Assembly (NCBI GenBank): GCA_001788215.1
Contig: MGAO01000037.1
Span: forward strand, 30,273-92,495
Direction: 5' to 3'
DNA: 62,223 nucleotides
Source: Candidatus Roizmanbacteria bacterium RIFCSPLOWO2_01_FULL_40_14
Lineage (GTDB): Bacteria; Patescibacteriota; Microgenomatia; GCA-001788215; 2-01-FULL-40-14
Under the pieces are notes generated by a model, which made no database searches, had not been told where the DNA came from, and saw only the letters and a list, made by a program, of their open reading frames with translations. Below are positions 1 to 9,150 of the stretch, piece by piece. Position 1 is the stretch's first letter; every line of letters begins with the position of its first letter. A program made the translations under genes and the position numbers.

Positions 1-2
1 TA

Positions 3-1130
3 GATGCCTTATTGCAGAGTGTAAAAGATAAAAAACAAATACTAAAAACGTTAATGGTCTATTTTAGTGTAATAATCCTTCTTGTTTTGACGGTATGGTT
101 ACTGATATTTACCGGAAATCTACTCTTTATCAATGAAGCTACTTCAGAGCATATTGCCATAGCAAAACGAAATTTTATACTTCCGAGTACTCTCCTATTT
201 GGTACCGTTGGTGCAATTATGATTTTATATTTCATAAAAAACAAGTTGCTTTATCGAGTAATTCTCACATCTCTGTTGCTGGTGGCAAGTTTTGACATGC
301 TTCGATTTGCCATGAAATGGATGCCCTTTGATGAAAGAGAATTTGTTTTTCCCTCGCTTCCTGTTCTGGAATATATGCAGAAAAATATTGGTATACATCG
401 GGTATATGGGCCGATTGGAAATGAAGCGTTACTACCCTTTGGGCTGCAAGGTATTGAAGGGTACGATCCACTGTATATTCGTCGATATGGAGAGCTTATT
501 CAAACAGCAACAGACGGAGTGATTCGTCCGCCTGAACGATCTGTCGTAAAACTAAACAATAGCGGAGTATATGCCAAGAAGTTGTTAGATTTGTTGGGAG
601 TCAAATATATTTTTTACTCGAAAGGGGATGGGAAAGGATCATGGGTGTTTCCTTTTTGGAACTATGAAGAAAGTATTAATCAGACACCGGTGTATCGCGA
701 TACTGTTTATGAATTGTATGAAAATAAGGATGTGTTCAATCGCGCCTTTATCGTGCATAATTATATCGTTGAAACTGACGATCAAAAGATCATAGACCGT
801 ATGTTTTCTACTGAGACAGATCTTTTGTCAACGGTCGTTCTTGAAAAAAATCCCCCCCTTACTCTAGAAAAATGTGATATTCAGGAAGAAGATGTAGTTG
901 ATATTGTGAGTTATACGCCAAATATTATTTCAATTAACCTTGAAACAGATTGTCCGGGAATACTTGTTTTGACTGACAACTATTATCCTGGATGGAAAGC
1001 CATAGTCAATGAAACAATAACACCTATATTACGGGCTAACTATACTTTTCGAGCTGTAGAAATCCCCGCGGGGGCCTCCCGTGTTGTCTACTCATTTAAT
1101 CCCTATGATTCAATTACGTCTACTAATTAA
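3..1130 (+). CDS. YfhO-like GT-C membrane glycosyltransferase, C-terminal half (5' partial; frame is open to the window edge)
   Basis: The frame stays open from nt 3. It is paralogous to the full-length ORF 4284..6560: shared AKRN(F/L)ILPS, D(M/L)LRF, EGYDPLY/SGYDPLY, and the C-terminal YYPGWKA...RANY..RAVEIPAG motif versus NWRVFIDG...RVNY..RGVIVPEG. Confidence 0.7.
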   Translation, partial: DALLQSVKDKKQILKTLMVYFSVIILLVLTVWLLIFTGNLLFINEATSEHIAIAKRNFILPSTLLFGTVGAIMILYFIKNKLLYRVILTSLLLVASFDMLRFAMKWMPFDEREFVFPSLPVLEYMQKNIGIHRVYGPIGNEALLPFGLQGIEGYDPLYIRRYGELIQTATDGVIRPPERSVVKLNNSGVYAKKLLDLLGVKYIFYSKGDGKGSWVFPFWNYEESINQTPVYRDTVYELYENKDVFNRAFIVHNYIVETDDQKIIDRMFSTETDLLSTVVLEKNPPLTLEKCDIQEEDVVDIVSYTPNIISINLETDCPGILVLTDNYYPGWKAIVNETITPILRANYTFRAVEIPAGASRVVYSFNPYDSITSTN

Positions 1131-3168
1131 AATAATTATTTTTCTCCAAATCTTATTAATTGCTTACTATAGTCGATCTGTATTCATGGATTCTTATGAT
1201 GCGGTATATTGGAAAGATCGCTTTGAACATTCTCAGTGGGTACTTCCACTTTCGAGACGGAGTATTGGAGATGATGCACTATTTTCATATGCCGGTCGCG
1301 AAATAGCATATGGAGCGGATCCTACATTTTCTATTGCGCAAGTGCCTCCGGTTGGAAAATATTTATTGGGATGGTCAATCAGATATTTTCGAAATTATGT
1401 GTGGTATACCTTTCTGATTGGTGTGGCAAGCACTGTTTTGTATTATTATATAGCGCGATTATTACTTCGGAATATAATGTTATCTCTGCTTGCCGTTATG
1501 TTACTTATCTTCGATCCTCTGTTTTTTTCACAGTTTACTGTTTCGTTACTTGATTTGACGCAGCTCTTTTTTTTGTTGGTGACGTTACTTTTTATCTTGT
1601 TAACAGTTAAAGTTAATTCAAAAACGGCGAATATTACCTCTCTTATCGCAGGAATCAGCCTGGGTCTCGCAGCACAAGTTAAAGTACCGCTTACCATTCC
1701 TGTAGTTTTTGTATTGTGTTGTTACTATCTCTATCGACGTAAAAATGCTCAAATAACTATTCTCTTTGTGATTTCGTCATTGTTAGGGTATGTGATACCT
1801 TATTTCGGCTTTTTCCTGAAGGGACATAGCTTCATGGAATTTATTAATATTACGCGTTATATGATCGGATTTTATCGCGAGTCAGAGCTGACGACTCATT
1901 GGGGCGCATTGTTATCAGTATTATTTAGGGGGAAATTTCCCCATATTGCTAGTGGAGAGTCAATTAAAGTTATTGAATGGTGGCTTATGTGGCCTATTTC
2001 TATCATCCTTTTTTTTGCGTTTCTGGTGAGCAGAAGAAAAATGTTTACTGCCGAATTTAAAGGAGTTGCATGGTATATCATTATAAGTTTGCTGATTTAC
2101 TTATCAATACCGGCGTTTCCTCGATATCTTTTAATTATCATTCCATTTCTTTATTTATTTGTCGTACGGTATATGAGCGGATTGAAGAAGAATTATTTAC
2201 TTATTCTTGTCGTCACGATAGCCTTCTATGGCATATTCAGCACGTATCGATTCCACTACCTCAAATCAATACAAGTAATTGATAACTACCTCTACAGTTT
2301 CTCTCATCAGTATTTTCATGATATATACAAGCAGTATATTGCTCATCCAGAAGATCTTAACCTCTCACGGGAAGAGTTTCACCAATTACTCCGAACTAGT
2401 CTCAATGATGCTCAGGTCAGAAATATTGTCGTTCATAAATTAAAACAGAGCATTCCATTTTTAGGTTCACGGGGATATGTCGAAGCGGAAATCACCTACC
2501 AAACGCAACATTTAGGATCATTTACCGAGAAAAAAATTATTCCGCTGGTAAAAACTCATGGTGAATGGTTGATAGAGTGGAATTGGGATTTGTTGGTCCA
2601 AGGATATCATCCTGAATATAAAATGGTATCTGCTATAGTTCGCGGAAAGCGCGGAGCGATTGTTGACCGTACGGGTACTGTCCTTGTTGAGGATCGGGAA
2701 GGATATCTTATTTCGGTTAATCCAAATTTACTTAATTATTCGTATGAGCAAGAGATGCTTGAGTTGATCGGCAATCTTGCTTCAGTTAAACCCGTACACG
2801 TGCAAAATGCATATCTAGAAGATCCGATTCCTGATAGGGCGGTTCCGGTTATTTCGACCTTTCGTATACCGACTGATATTGAAATGGAGACATTGACATC
2901 TTATCCAAGTGTTGAACTGGTACCGTATCAATCTCGAATATATAGCGGTATACCATCGACCGGTATTCACAACGTCAATTATGAAGAGTGTTGTACACGT
3001 CTCTATAGTTCTACAAACTATATGGGTATGGAATCCTTAGAATTACAGTATGACGATACCCTGCGCGGTGCAGATGGTGGTACCTTATTACTCACTGACA
3101 AAAATGGCTTTGCTATTCGTGTTATCCTAGATAAAGAGCCTATTATTGGTCAGGATGTACAGCTATGA
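1105..3168 (+). CDS. GT-C (PMT/GT39-like) membrane domain fused to a PBP2a-type NTF2-like plus PBP-dimerisation (pedestal) module, with no transpeptidase domain
   Basis: The N-terminal ~390 aa are polytopic, with the first-loop motif GDDALFSYAG...VPPVGKY (compare DE...HPPLGK of PMT/GT39). The C-terminal motifs HGEWLIEWNWDLLVQGY..VRGKRGAIVDRTGTVLVED...LQYDDTLRGADGG...GQDVQL-stop parallel MecA/PBP2a DGMWKLDWDHSVIIPGM..ERGKILDRNNVELA...GKDIQLTID. The stop overlaps the next ATG (ATGA). Alternative starts are GTG 1081 and ATG 1186. Confidence 0.7.
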   Translation: MIQLRLLIKIIIFLQILLIAYYSRSVFMDSYDAVYWKDRFEHSQWVLPLSRRSIGDDALFSYAGREIAYGADPTFSIAQVPPVGKYLLGWSIRYFRNYVWYTFLIGVASTVLYYYIARLLLRNIMLSLLAVMLLIFDPLFFSQFTVSLLDLTQLFFLLVTLLFILLTVKVNSKTANITSLIAGISLGLAAQVKVPLTIPVVFVLCCYYLYRRKNAQITILFVISSLLGYVIPYFGFFLKGHSFMEFINITRYMIGFYRESELTTHWGALLSVLFRGKFPHIASGESIKVIEWWLMWPISIILFFAFLVSRRKMFTAEFKGVAWYIIISLLIYLSIPAFPRYLLIIIPFLYLFVVRYMSGLKKNYLLILVVTIAFYGIFSTYRFHYLKSIQVIDNYLYSFSHQYFHDIYKQYIAHPEDLNLSREEFHQLLRTSLNDAQVRNIVVHKLKQSIPFLGSRGYVEAEITYQTQHLGSFTEKKIIPLVKTHGEWLIEWNWDLLVQGYHPEYKMVSAIVRGKRGAIVDRTGTVLVEDREGYLISVNPNLLNYSYEQEMLELIGNLASVKPVHVQNAYLEDPIPDRAVPVISTFRIPTDIEMETLTSYPSVELVPYQSRIYSGIPSTGIHNVNYEECCTRLYSSTNYMGMESLELQYDDTLRGADGGTLLLTDKNGFAIRVILDKEPIIGQDVQL

Positions 3169-4226
3169 AAATTGGTATTTATAATCCCTATTTGGATTCT
3201 CTTTCGGGTGGCGAACGGTATATGTTGACGATTGCATCGTGTTTGTCTCATCAACATGACGTTTCTGTTTTTTGGGACGATCACACTATTTTGAAAAAAG
3301 CACACGATCGGTTATCAATCGATTTAAAGAAGGTAACCGTGGCGCCCAATATTTTTGATCGAGGAATTCCTTTTCTCAAATCAATGGTTACTACTCCTCA
3401 ATATGATCTTATTGTTGTCTTATGTGACGGGAGTATTCCGTTTATAAATTCACCTGTCGGCATTCTTCATTTTCAAAGACCGTTTGCAGGAGTAGGCGGG
3501 TTTTCACTGGCTAATCAAATAAAACTTAAGAAGTATCAAAAAGTTATCTGCAATTCCCAATTTACTAAAAAATATATTGACCGGGAGTATCACGTAAAGT
3601 CAGAAATTATCTATCCTCCGGTAGATACCGATACTTTTAAAAATGCAAAAAAAGAAAACATGATACTTTCAGTCGGGAGATTTCATCCGTTTAAAAAACA
3701 TGAGATTATGATTCAAGCTTTTACTAACCTTAGTAAATCGTTGAAAGGATGGCGCTTGGTCATTGCAGGTGGACTTTTGCCCGATGACAAGGAGTATTAT
3801 TCTCAATTGACTCGTATGATAGAAATAGATTCCATTATTCTGTTGCCCAATCAACCGTTTTCATCTCTCAAAAAACTTTATGCAAAAGCAAAAATATACT
3901 GGCATGCGGCAGGATTTGGAGAAGATGAAAAAACCCACCCGGAGAACTTTGAGCATTTCGGAATTACCCCTGTTGAGGCAATGACCGCGGACTGTATTCC
4001 GGTCGTATTTAATGGTGGAGGATTACCGGAAATTATTACACACGAAACAAACGGATTTCTCTGGAATACCGTTGATGAGTTAATTTTGTATACTCGAAAG
4101 ATTGTACGAAATAACGAACTGAAAAAGAACATTATTGCTACGAATAAACTGCAAATACAACAATTTAGCCAAACTCATTTTTGTGACGAGATAAATAAAT
4201 TAGTGCTGTCATTGCGAGGAGTGTAA
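3165..4226 (+). CDS. GT4 family glycosyltransferase (Glycos_transf_1)
   Basis: C-terminal EX7E-type region EHFGITPVEAMTADCIPVVFNGGGLPEIITHETNGFLW. ATGA overlap with the upstream gene. Confidence 0.85.
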   Translation: MKIGIYNPYLDSLSGGERYMLTIASCLSHQHDVSVFWDDHTILKKAHDRLSIDLKKVTVAPNIFDRGIPFLKSMVTTPQYDLIVVLCDGSIPFINSPVGILHFQRPFAGVGGFSLANQIKLKKYQKVICNSQFTKKYIDREYHVKSEIIYPPVDTDTFKNAKKENMILSVGRFHPFKKHEIMIQAFTNLSKSLKGWRLVIAGGLLPDDKEYYSQLTRMIEIDSIILLPNQPFSSLKKLYAKAKIYWHAAGFGEDEKTHPENFEHFGITPVEAMTADCIPVVFNGGGLPEIITHETNGFLWNTVDELILYTRKIVRNNELKKNIIATNKLQIQQFSQTHFCDEINKLVLSLRGV

Positions 4227-4262
4227 CGACGAAGCAATCTATTTCTTGGATGGGATTGCTTC
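4208..4262. repeat. Partial GTCATTGCGAG-type palindromic mini-element spanning the stop codon of the GT4 gene
   Basis: GTCATTGCGAG at 4208-4218 is the same terminal motif as in the element at 11579..11660. A 9-bp stem pairs GAAGCAATC (4231-4239) with GATTGCTTC (4254-4262). Confidence 0.6.
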
Positions 4263-4283
4263 TCCAACATATAAAAAGCTATT

Positions 4284-6560
4284 ATGAAAAAAGAACTGTT
4301 ATATCCATTCATATTGATTTTAATCATTCTTATTTTCTTCTGGCAATTTATATTGAAAGGATTGTTGCCGATCCCGAGCGATACGATTGTTGGCCTCTAT
4401 CATCCGTATCGTGATTATTATGCTACTGAATATCCAAATGGCATTCCTTACCGAAATTTTCTTATCACCGATCCGGTTCGACAGCAGTATCCGTGGCGCT
4501 TTATTGCCATTGATCAAATGAAACAGGGGCAGTGGCCATCATGGAATCCCTATTCATTTTCCGGAACACCGCTTGCCGCCAATCTTCAGTCGGCACCCTT
4601 CTATCCATTAAATGTTCTTTTCTTTATGTTTCCCTTTCACATTTCCTGGACATTACTGATTATGTTACAACCCTTGTTAGCGGGACTCTTTCTCTATTTG
4701 TATTTACGGGAGATGAAACTATCAAATTATGCGGCACTTTTCGGGAGTATCGTATTTGCGTTTTCTGGTTTTAGCATAGCGTGGCTTGAGTGGAATACTC
4801 TTGGTCATGTTGGACTATGGTTGCCTCTTATTCTGTTATCTATTGAAAAGATTGTTAGGGTAATTAGGGGATTTAGGGTTAAAAACACAAAACAAATATA
4901 TCTATGGTCCGGAATACTGACGTTTTCACTCATTAGTTCGTTTTTTGGTGGACATTTACAAACATTTTTTTATGTGTTACTTACCAGTTTAGCCTATGGG
5001 ACCGTGCGAATAATACATGAAGTAAATGTAATACAAACAAAGGTAAGAAAAGCGGCAGTTTTTCTTGCGAGTTCAGCAATTCTTGCAGGGATTGTTACCT
5101 CTGTTCAGTGGGTGCCGATGGTTGAATTTATATCCAAATCAACGCGCTTAGCGGATCAATCAGATTGGCTCAGCGAAGGATGGTTTATACCGTTTCAACA
5201 TCTGATCCAATTTATCGTGCCCGACTTTTTCGGAAATCCGGCGACACTCAATTATTGGGGAACGTGGAATTATGGAGAGATGGTCGGGTACATTGGTATT
5301 ATTCCACTGCTATTTTCTCTCATAGCTCTTATGTGGCGCAGAGATAAAAAGACTCTTTTCTTTACTATATTGTTAATTATTTCGTTACTATTCGCAACTG
5401 ATAATTTTGTTGCAAGAATTCCCTATCAATTACAAATCCCCCTTCTCTCTACGAGTCAACCGACGCGATTATTATTTCTTGTCGACTTTTCAATTGCCGT
5501 TCTGGCGGCCTTAGGATTTGATCTCTTTCTCAGAAAAAAAGTTTCTATTAAAAAATTATTGGTGACTGTAGGAGTAATAGGAGGGATAGGGGTACTGTTG
5601 TGGGTATATGTATTGTTGGGATCGGGCGAAAATCTATTAGTTGCAAAAAGAAATCTGATATTACCAAGTGGGTTGTTCTTGATGGGGGTGTTGGGGAGTT
5701 TGGGGTATTTAGGAAAAAATCAACTTCTGAAGCATGCTGCACTGTTTGGCCTGATAGTTTTTACCGTAATTGATCTTCTCCGATTTGGGTGGAAGTTTAC
5801 GCCATTTACTCCACGGGAATATTTATTTCCACAAACTTCAACTATTCAGTTTATTACTTCACAGCCCGGAAAATTTCGAATAATGGCTACAGACAATAAA
5901 ATTCTGCCGCCCAATTTCTCAAGTATGTATGGCATAGAGTCAGTAAGTGGATATGACCCATTATACTCGCGCGATTATGCAGAATTAGCATCGGCTTGGT
6001 CCCGAAATACTCCAAATAATGAAGTTATTGATTTTAATCGTATCATTACGCCGGACAATTATGAAAGCAAAATTGCAGATGTGCTCAACGTTCAGTATGT
6101 ATTGAGCTTATCAGAAATCGATTCAGAAAAACTACATCTCGTTTTTGAAGAAGGACAGACAAAAGTATATGAAAATACAGAAGTACTTCCCCGTGTTTAT
6201 TTAGTTGAATCAGTGCAGACTGTTAAAAATGTAGAAGATATGCTGGATAAACTATTTGACGAGTCAATCGATTTACAGAAAACTGCCCTTGTTGAGTCAA
6301 ACACTATTCCCATTGATAATCGTCCCCTTTCTGAATTGGAGCATGTAGATATTACAGACTATTTACCATCCCGAGTGACATTGCAGTCGAAAACAGAAGC
6401 TTCCCGCATGATAGTTTTATCAGATGTCTATGATGAAAATTGGAGAGTCTTCATCGATGGAACAGAAAGTACATCGTATCGAGTAAACTATATACTGCGG
6501 GGTGTTATTGTTCCTGAAGGTTCTCATACGGTTGAATTTAGCTATTCAGTATTTAACTAA
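4284..6560 (+). CDS. YfhO family GT-C membrane glycosyltransferase (full length)
   Basis: 758 aa and polytopic. N-terminal motif P.SDTIVGLYHPYRDYY...ITDPVRQQYPW. C-terminal extracytoplasmic domain with GYDPLY, PRVYLV and YDENWRVFIDG...VPEGSHTVEFSY. Confidence 0.8.
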   Translation: MKKELLYPFILILIILIFFWQFILKGLLPIPSDTIVGLYHPYRDYYATEYPNGIPYRNFLITDPVRQQYPWRFIAIDQMKQGQWPSWNPYSFSGTPLAANLQSAPFYPLNVLFFMFPFHISWTLLIMLQPLLAGLFLYLYLREMKLSNYAALFGSIVFAFSGFSIAWLEWNTLGHVGLWLPLILLSIEKIVRVIRGFRVKNTKQIYLWSGILTFSLISSFFGGHLQTFFYVLLTSLAYGTVRIIHEVNVIQTKVRKAAVFLASSAILAGIVTSVQWVPMVEFISKSTRLADQSDWLSEGWFIPFQHLIQFIVPDFFGNPATLNYWGTWNYGEMVGYIGIIPLLFSLIALMWRRDKKTLFFTILLIISLLFATDNFVARIPYQLQIPLLSTSQPTRLLFLVDFSIAVLAALGFDLFLRKKVSIKKLLVTVGVIGGIGVLLWVYVLLGSGENLLVAKRNLILPSGLFLMGVLGSLGYLGKNQLLKHAALFGLIVFTVIDLLRFGWKFTPFTPREYLFPQTSTIQFITSQPGKFRIMATDNKILPPNFSSMYGIESVSGYDPLYSRDYAELASAWSRNTPNNEVIDFNRIITPDNYESKIADVLNVQYVLSLSEIDSEKLHLVFEEGQTKVYENTEVLPRVYLVESVQTVKNVEDMLDKLFDESIDLQKTALVESNTIPIDNRPLSELEHVDITDYLPSRVTLQSKTEASRMIVLSDVYDENWRVFIDGTESTSYRVNYILRGVIVPEGSHTVEFSYSVFN
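4855..4881. repeat. 3 x 9-bp tandem repeat TTAGGGNNN inside the YfhO CDS (translated VRVIRGFRV)
   Basis: TTAGGG starts at 4855, 4864 and 4873, an exact 9-nt period. A near-identical array lies at 23659..23685 in an unrelated gene and a different reading frame. Confidence 0.6.
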
Positions 6561-6564
6561 AGTT

Positions 6565-7587
6565 ATGACGGTATCTATTGTTATTCCCAATTATAACGGT
6601 GAGAAATTAATTAACAAGAATTTAGCGAACGTAATTCAAGTGATCAAAGGACCTGCCCGCATTGCTCTTGCCCGAAACGCTTCGCGTAACGATGCGAGCG
6701 GGACGCAAAGCGTCGCAGGCGGGTCAAGTGATCAAAGGATCAAAGAAATCATTATTGTCGACGACGCATCGAAAGATGGATCAATTGAAACAATTAGCAA
6801 ACAGCAAACAGCAAACAGAAATTTAACAATTATATTACTGCAGAATAAAAAGAATCTTGGATTTTCGTCGACGGTAAATCGTGGAATAGAAACTGCGACG
6901 GGTGATGTTGTCGTTTTATTAAACACGGATGTAGTTCCTGAAGAAAATTTCTTAAAAGCGGCGCTGCCACATTTTAATGATCCATTGGTATTTGCCGTCG
7001 GGTTTCTTGATAAAAGTATTGAGGGGAACAAAACAATTAAGCGGGGTAGAGGAATAGGATATTGGAACCGCGGATTTGTTCTCCATAAACGAGGAGAGGT
7101 TGACCAAACAGATACATTTTGGGTATCTTGCGGTTCAGGGGCATTCAGACGAGATATTTGGAACAAATTAAACGGACTCGATGAATTGTACAATCCATTT
7201 TATTGGGAAGACATTGATCTATCATATAGAGCGCAGAAATCGGGGTATAGAATTATTTTCGAACCAAAAAGCATTGTTATTCATGAGCATGGAATGGGTT
7301 CCATAAAATCGCACTATTCTGATAAACAAGTTACAACGATTGCTTACCGAAACCAATTTTATTTTGTGTGGAAAAATATCACTGATGGTAACTTATTATT
7401 ATCACATTTCTTCTGGCTTCCCAACCATATATTCCATGCCTTACTCGTAAACGATACTGTCTTTTTTTCCGCACTGTTTCAGGCAATTTTACATCTGCCA
7501 ACCGTTATTTTACACCGCAGGAGACAGAAGAAGTTATATAAAAGATCAGATATAGAATTGCTTACTTCTCCATCTGAACAAGATTAA
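6565..7587 (+). CDS. GT2 family glycosyltransferase carrying an in-frame GC-rich insertion
   Basis: MTVSIVIPNYNGE...IIIVDDASKDGS...VVLLNTDV...FYWEDIDLSYR. ATG 6565 lies just after the upstream stop. The ORF-track start 6502 overlaps the upstream gene and is less likely. Confidence 0.85.
   Translation: MTVSIVIPNYNGEKLINKNLANVIQVIKGPARIALARNASRNDASGTQSVAGGSSDQRIKEIIIVDDASKDGSIETISKQQTANRNLTIILLQNKKNLGFSSTVNRGIETATGDVVVLLNTDVVPEENFLKAALPHFNDPLVFAVGFLDKSIEGNKTIKRGRGIGYWNRGFVLHKRGEVDQTDTFWVSCGSGAFRRDIWNKLNGLDELYNPFYWEDIDLSYRAQKSGYRIIFEPKSIVIHEHGMGSIKSHYSDKQVTTIAYRNQFYFVWKNITDGNLLLSHFFWLPNHIFHALLVNDTVFFSALFQAILHLPTVILHRRRQKKLYKRSDIELLTSPSEQD
6652..6723. repeat. GC-rich structured mini-insertion lying in frame inside the GT2 CDS
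   Basis: This ~72-bp block is far more GC-rich than its surroundings. It is flanked by the 16-bp direct repeat TCAAGTGATCAAAGGA (6636-6651 and 6724-6739). An internal 11-bp stem pairs ACGCTTCGCGT (6677-6687) with ACGCAAAGCGT (6703-6713), 10 of 11 positions. It sits between the NYNG and VDDAS motifs, where GT2 enzymes normally have about 25-30 aa; here there are about 60. Confidence 0.65.
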
Positions 7588-9130
7588 ATCCCAGCGCTTC
7601 AACAGATTTCCACTGTTCGTCTGATATTTCAGATATTTTATTAATATGAACAAATATACAGGAAGGCTCATTGTTTTCTAATAATTCTTGATAATCATTT
7701 GTATATTTCTCCGGAATCAGTTGATCAGATTTGTATATATATCCATCAGAACAGTAATAAAAATCAGGGGGATCGTGTGCAAACATTTCATCCCGCGCCG
7801 TCGTATATCGTGGAAAGGATTCCATTAAGGGTGTATAGAGTCCGTACTGATAAGCAGAATCCAGTCCTGTCTGCCAATAAATAATATCATCCCACAGTTC
7901 TACGAACACGGTATCATCGGGATGAGATAGTTTTTTGATAACATCACCATTTCGTTGATAATGTGCATAACCATCGCTAAATTCCTCGAGCGTACTAATA
8001 TCTTCATATATAAATGATTTTGGATAACCTATGCTGAAAAGCCAAATACATAGCAATATGATCGGAGCAATATATCTTTTTCTACCTTGATAACTATTGA
8101 CTGTGTTATATGTCAGAATTGATACGGTCATTATGAATAACCCTAACCAGGGAAGCATATGAAATGCCTCGTAAAACATAGCTTCAGATGGTACATAACG
8201 AATAGCTGCAAGAGCCAGTGCTAAAAATGTGATGACGATAAATACACGATTTTGTTTCTTAACCACATTCCAGAAAAACAAAAAGATATATACACTTGAT
8301 AAACCGAATAACAGTTTTCCGTTAATAGTAGTTGGTGATTGAAATAATGCGGTAAACGGGTAAAACAATATGCTAATAATTCCCGAGCCCCACAAATCAG
8401 TTGACTCTGTTTCATGAGCAAGAACCGTTTGTTGATTGACTGTGCCGACCGTAAAAACATAATCAGAAACTGGTATCATCAACAATGTTAAGATTGAAAG
8501 AATTGCAAATATAAATACTGATAATCGCGATGTTATTGATGTAATGTTTTTTATGACTAGAAATCCAAATAATAGCAGTGCGACTGGTACATAAGGTTCC
8601 CTCAGAAAAACTATTAACCATGTTATAAATCCTGCTACGACCGCATCACTTCTGGTCAATTTTTTACGTTCGAGAGATTCCCATACAATTCCGACAAGAT
8701 ATGCGATGAAATAAGGAATGAATGCTTCTGGCAGAAACCGATCACCCAGAAAGTAGAACTTTATTGGTTCATAGAGCAAACTAAATATAATGCCGCGCCA
8801 TTTAAATCTCAAAATAAGACCCAGAGTTGCAATAAATGAAAAACCAGTTACAAAGATACGATGATATTGCACGAGTGAGTAAAGTGAGTCAGGAGAAGTT
8901 ATTAGTTGAATAAGGTAACTTATAAACGGCATGATCATCTGATGGTTGTAGAAGATTTCACTGTAAATCTGTCTCCCTTTCAGCATAAAATAACCGGTTG
9001 CGAAGTTATGGCAATCATCAAAACAACCGAATGCGCCGATTCTTTTCATCAAAATAAATGAAATAAAAGCGAATTGGAGAAGTGCAATAGATACAGATAG
9101 GATGAATAAAATGTTTTTATTAATTTTCAT
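7562..9130 (-). CDS. Uncharacterised polytopic membrane protein, probable GT-C glycosyltransferase (HHQ/NHQ-motif family)
   Basis: 522 aa with more than 10 predicted TM segments and a soluble C-terminal domain. The first-loop motif FDDCHNFATGYFMLKGRQIYSEIFYNHQ is paralogous to YPDEYDNIVGGKYILEGRLPYRDWFSHHQ of 15653..17392. Both also share an NQQ motif. Confidence 0.5.
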   Translation of the reverse strand: MKINKNILFILSVSIALLQFAFISFILMKRIGAFGCFDDCHNFATGYFMLKGRQIYSEIFYNHQMIMPFISYLIQLITSPDSLYSLVQYHRIFVTGFSFIATLGLILRFKWRGIIFSLLYEPIKFYFLGDRFLPEAFIPYFIAYLVGIVWESLERKKLTRSDAVVAGFITWLIVFLREPYVPVALLLFGFLVIKNITSITSRLSVFIFAILSILTLLMIPVSDYVFTVGTVNQQTVLAHETESTDLWGSGIISILFYPFTALFQSPTTINGKLLFGLSSVYIFLFFWNVVKKQNRVFIVITFLALALAAIRYVPSEAMFYEAFHMLPWLGLFIMTVSILTYNTVNSYQGRKRYIAPIILLCIWLFSIGYPKSFIYEDISTLEEFSDGYAHYQRNGDVIKKLSHPDDTVFVELWDDIIYWQTGLDSAYQYGLYTPLMESFPRYTTARDEMFAHDPPDFYYCSDGYIYKSDQLIPEKYTNDYQELLENNEPSCIFVHINKISEISDEQWKSVEALGFNLVQMEK

Positions 9131-9150
9131 AAATCACTTTTAGGGTCTAA

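Noticed and set aside
852-858. Homopolymeric C7 tracts in two GT-C genes (852..858 and 26292..26298), and G6 tracts (50453..50458, 59858..59863), as possible phase-variation switches
   Set aside because: A rough expectation for at least 7 C/G runs in 62 kb at this composition (composition judged by eye) is about one, so two is not significant. Both tracts encode Pro-Pro in otherwise conserved positions, and there is no evidence of length heterogeneity. They would only be worth checking if read data are available.
1064-1073. Perfect palindrome CCCCGCGGGG inside the first YfhO-like gene, as another inserted hairpin element
   Set aside because: It encodes IPAGAS, which aligns without a gap to VPEGSH in the paralogue 4284..6560. 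There is no insertion, so it is probably a coding coincidence.
4855-4881. TTAGGG repeats as telomere-like sequence
   Set aside because: The unit is 9 nt (TTAGGGNNN), not 6. There are only three copies, they are embedded in frame in intact bacterial-type genes, and they are not at a sequence end.
6732-7193. 153-aa minus-strand ORF; the same applies to 24374..24802 (142 aa), 33022..33387 (121 aa), 19811..20152 and other 60-110-aa ORFs in the track
   Set aside because: All are nested within, or antisense to, long ORFs with strong family motifs. They are low-complexity translations typical of AT-rich shadow frames, and there is no independent support for them.
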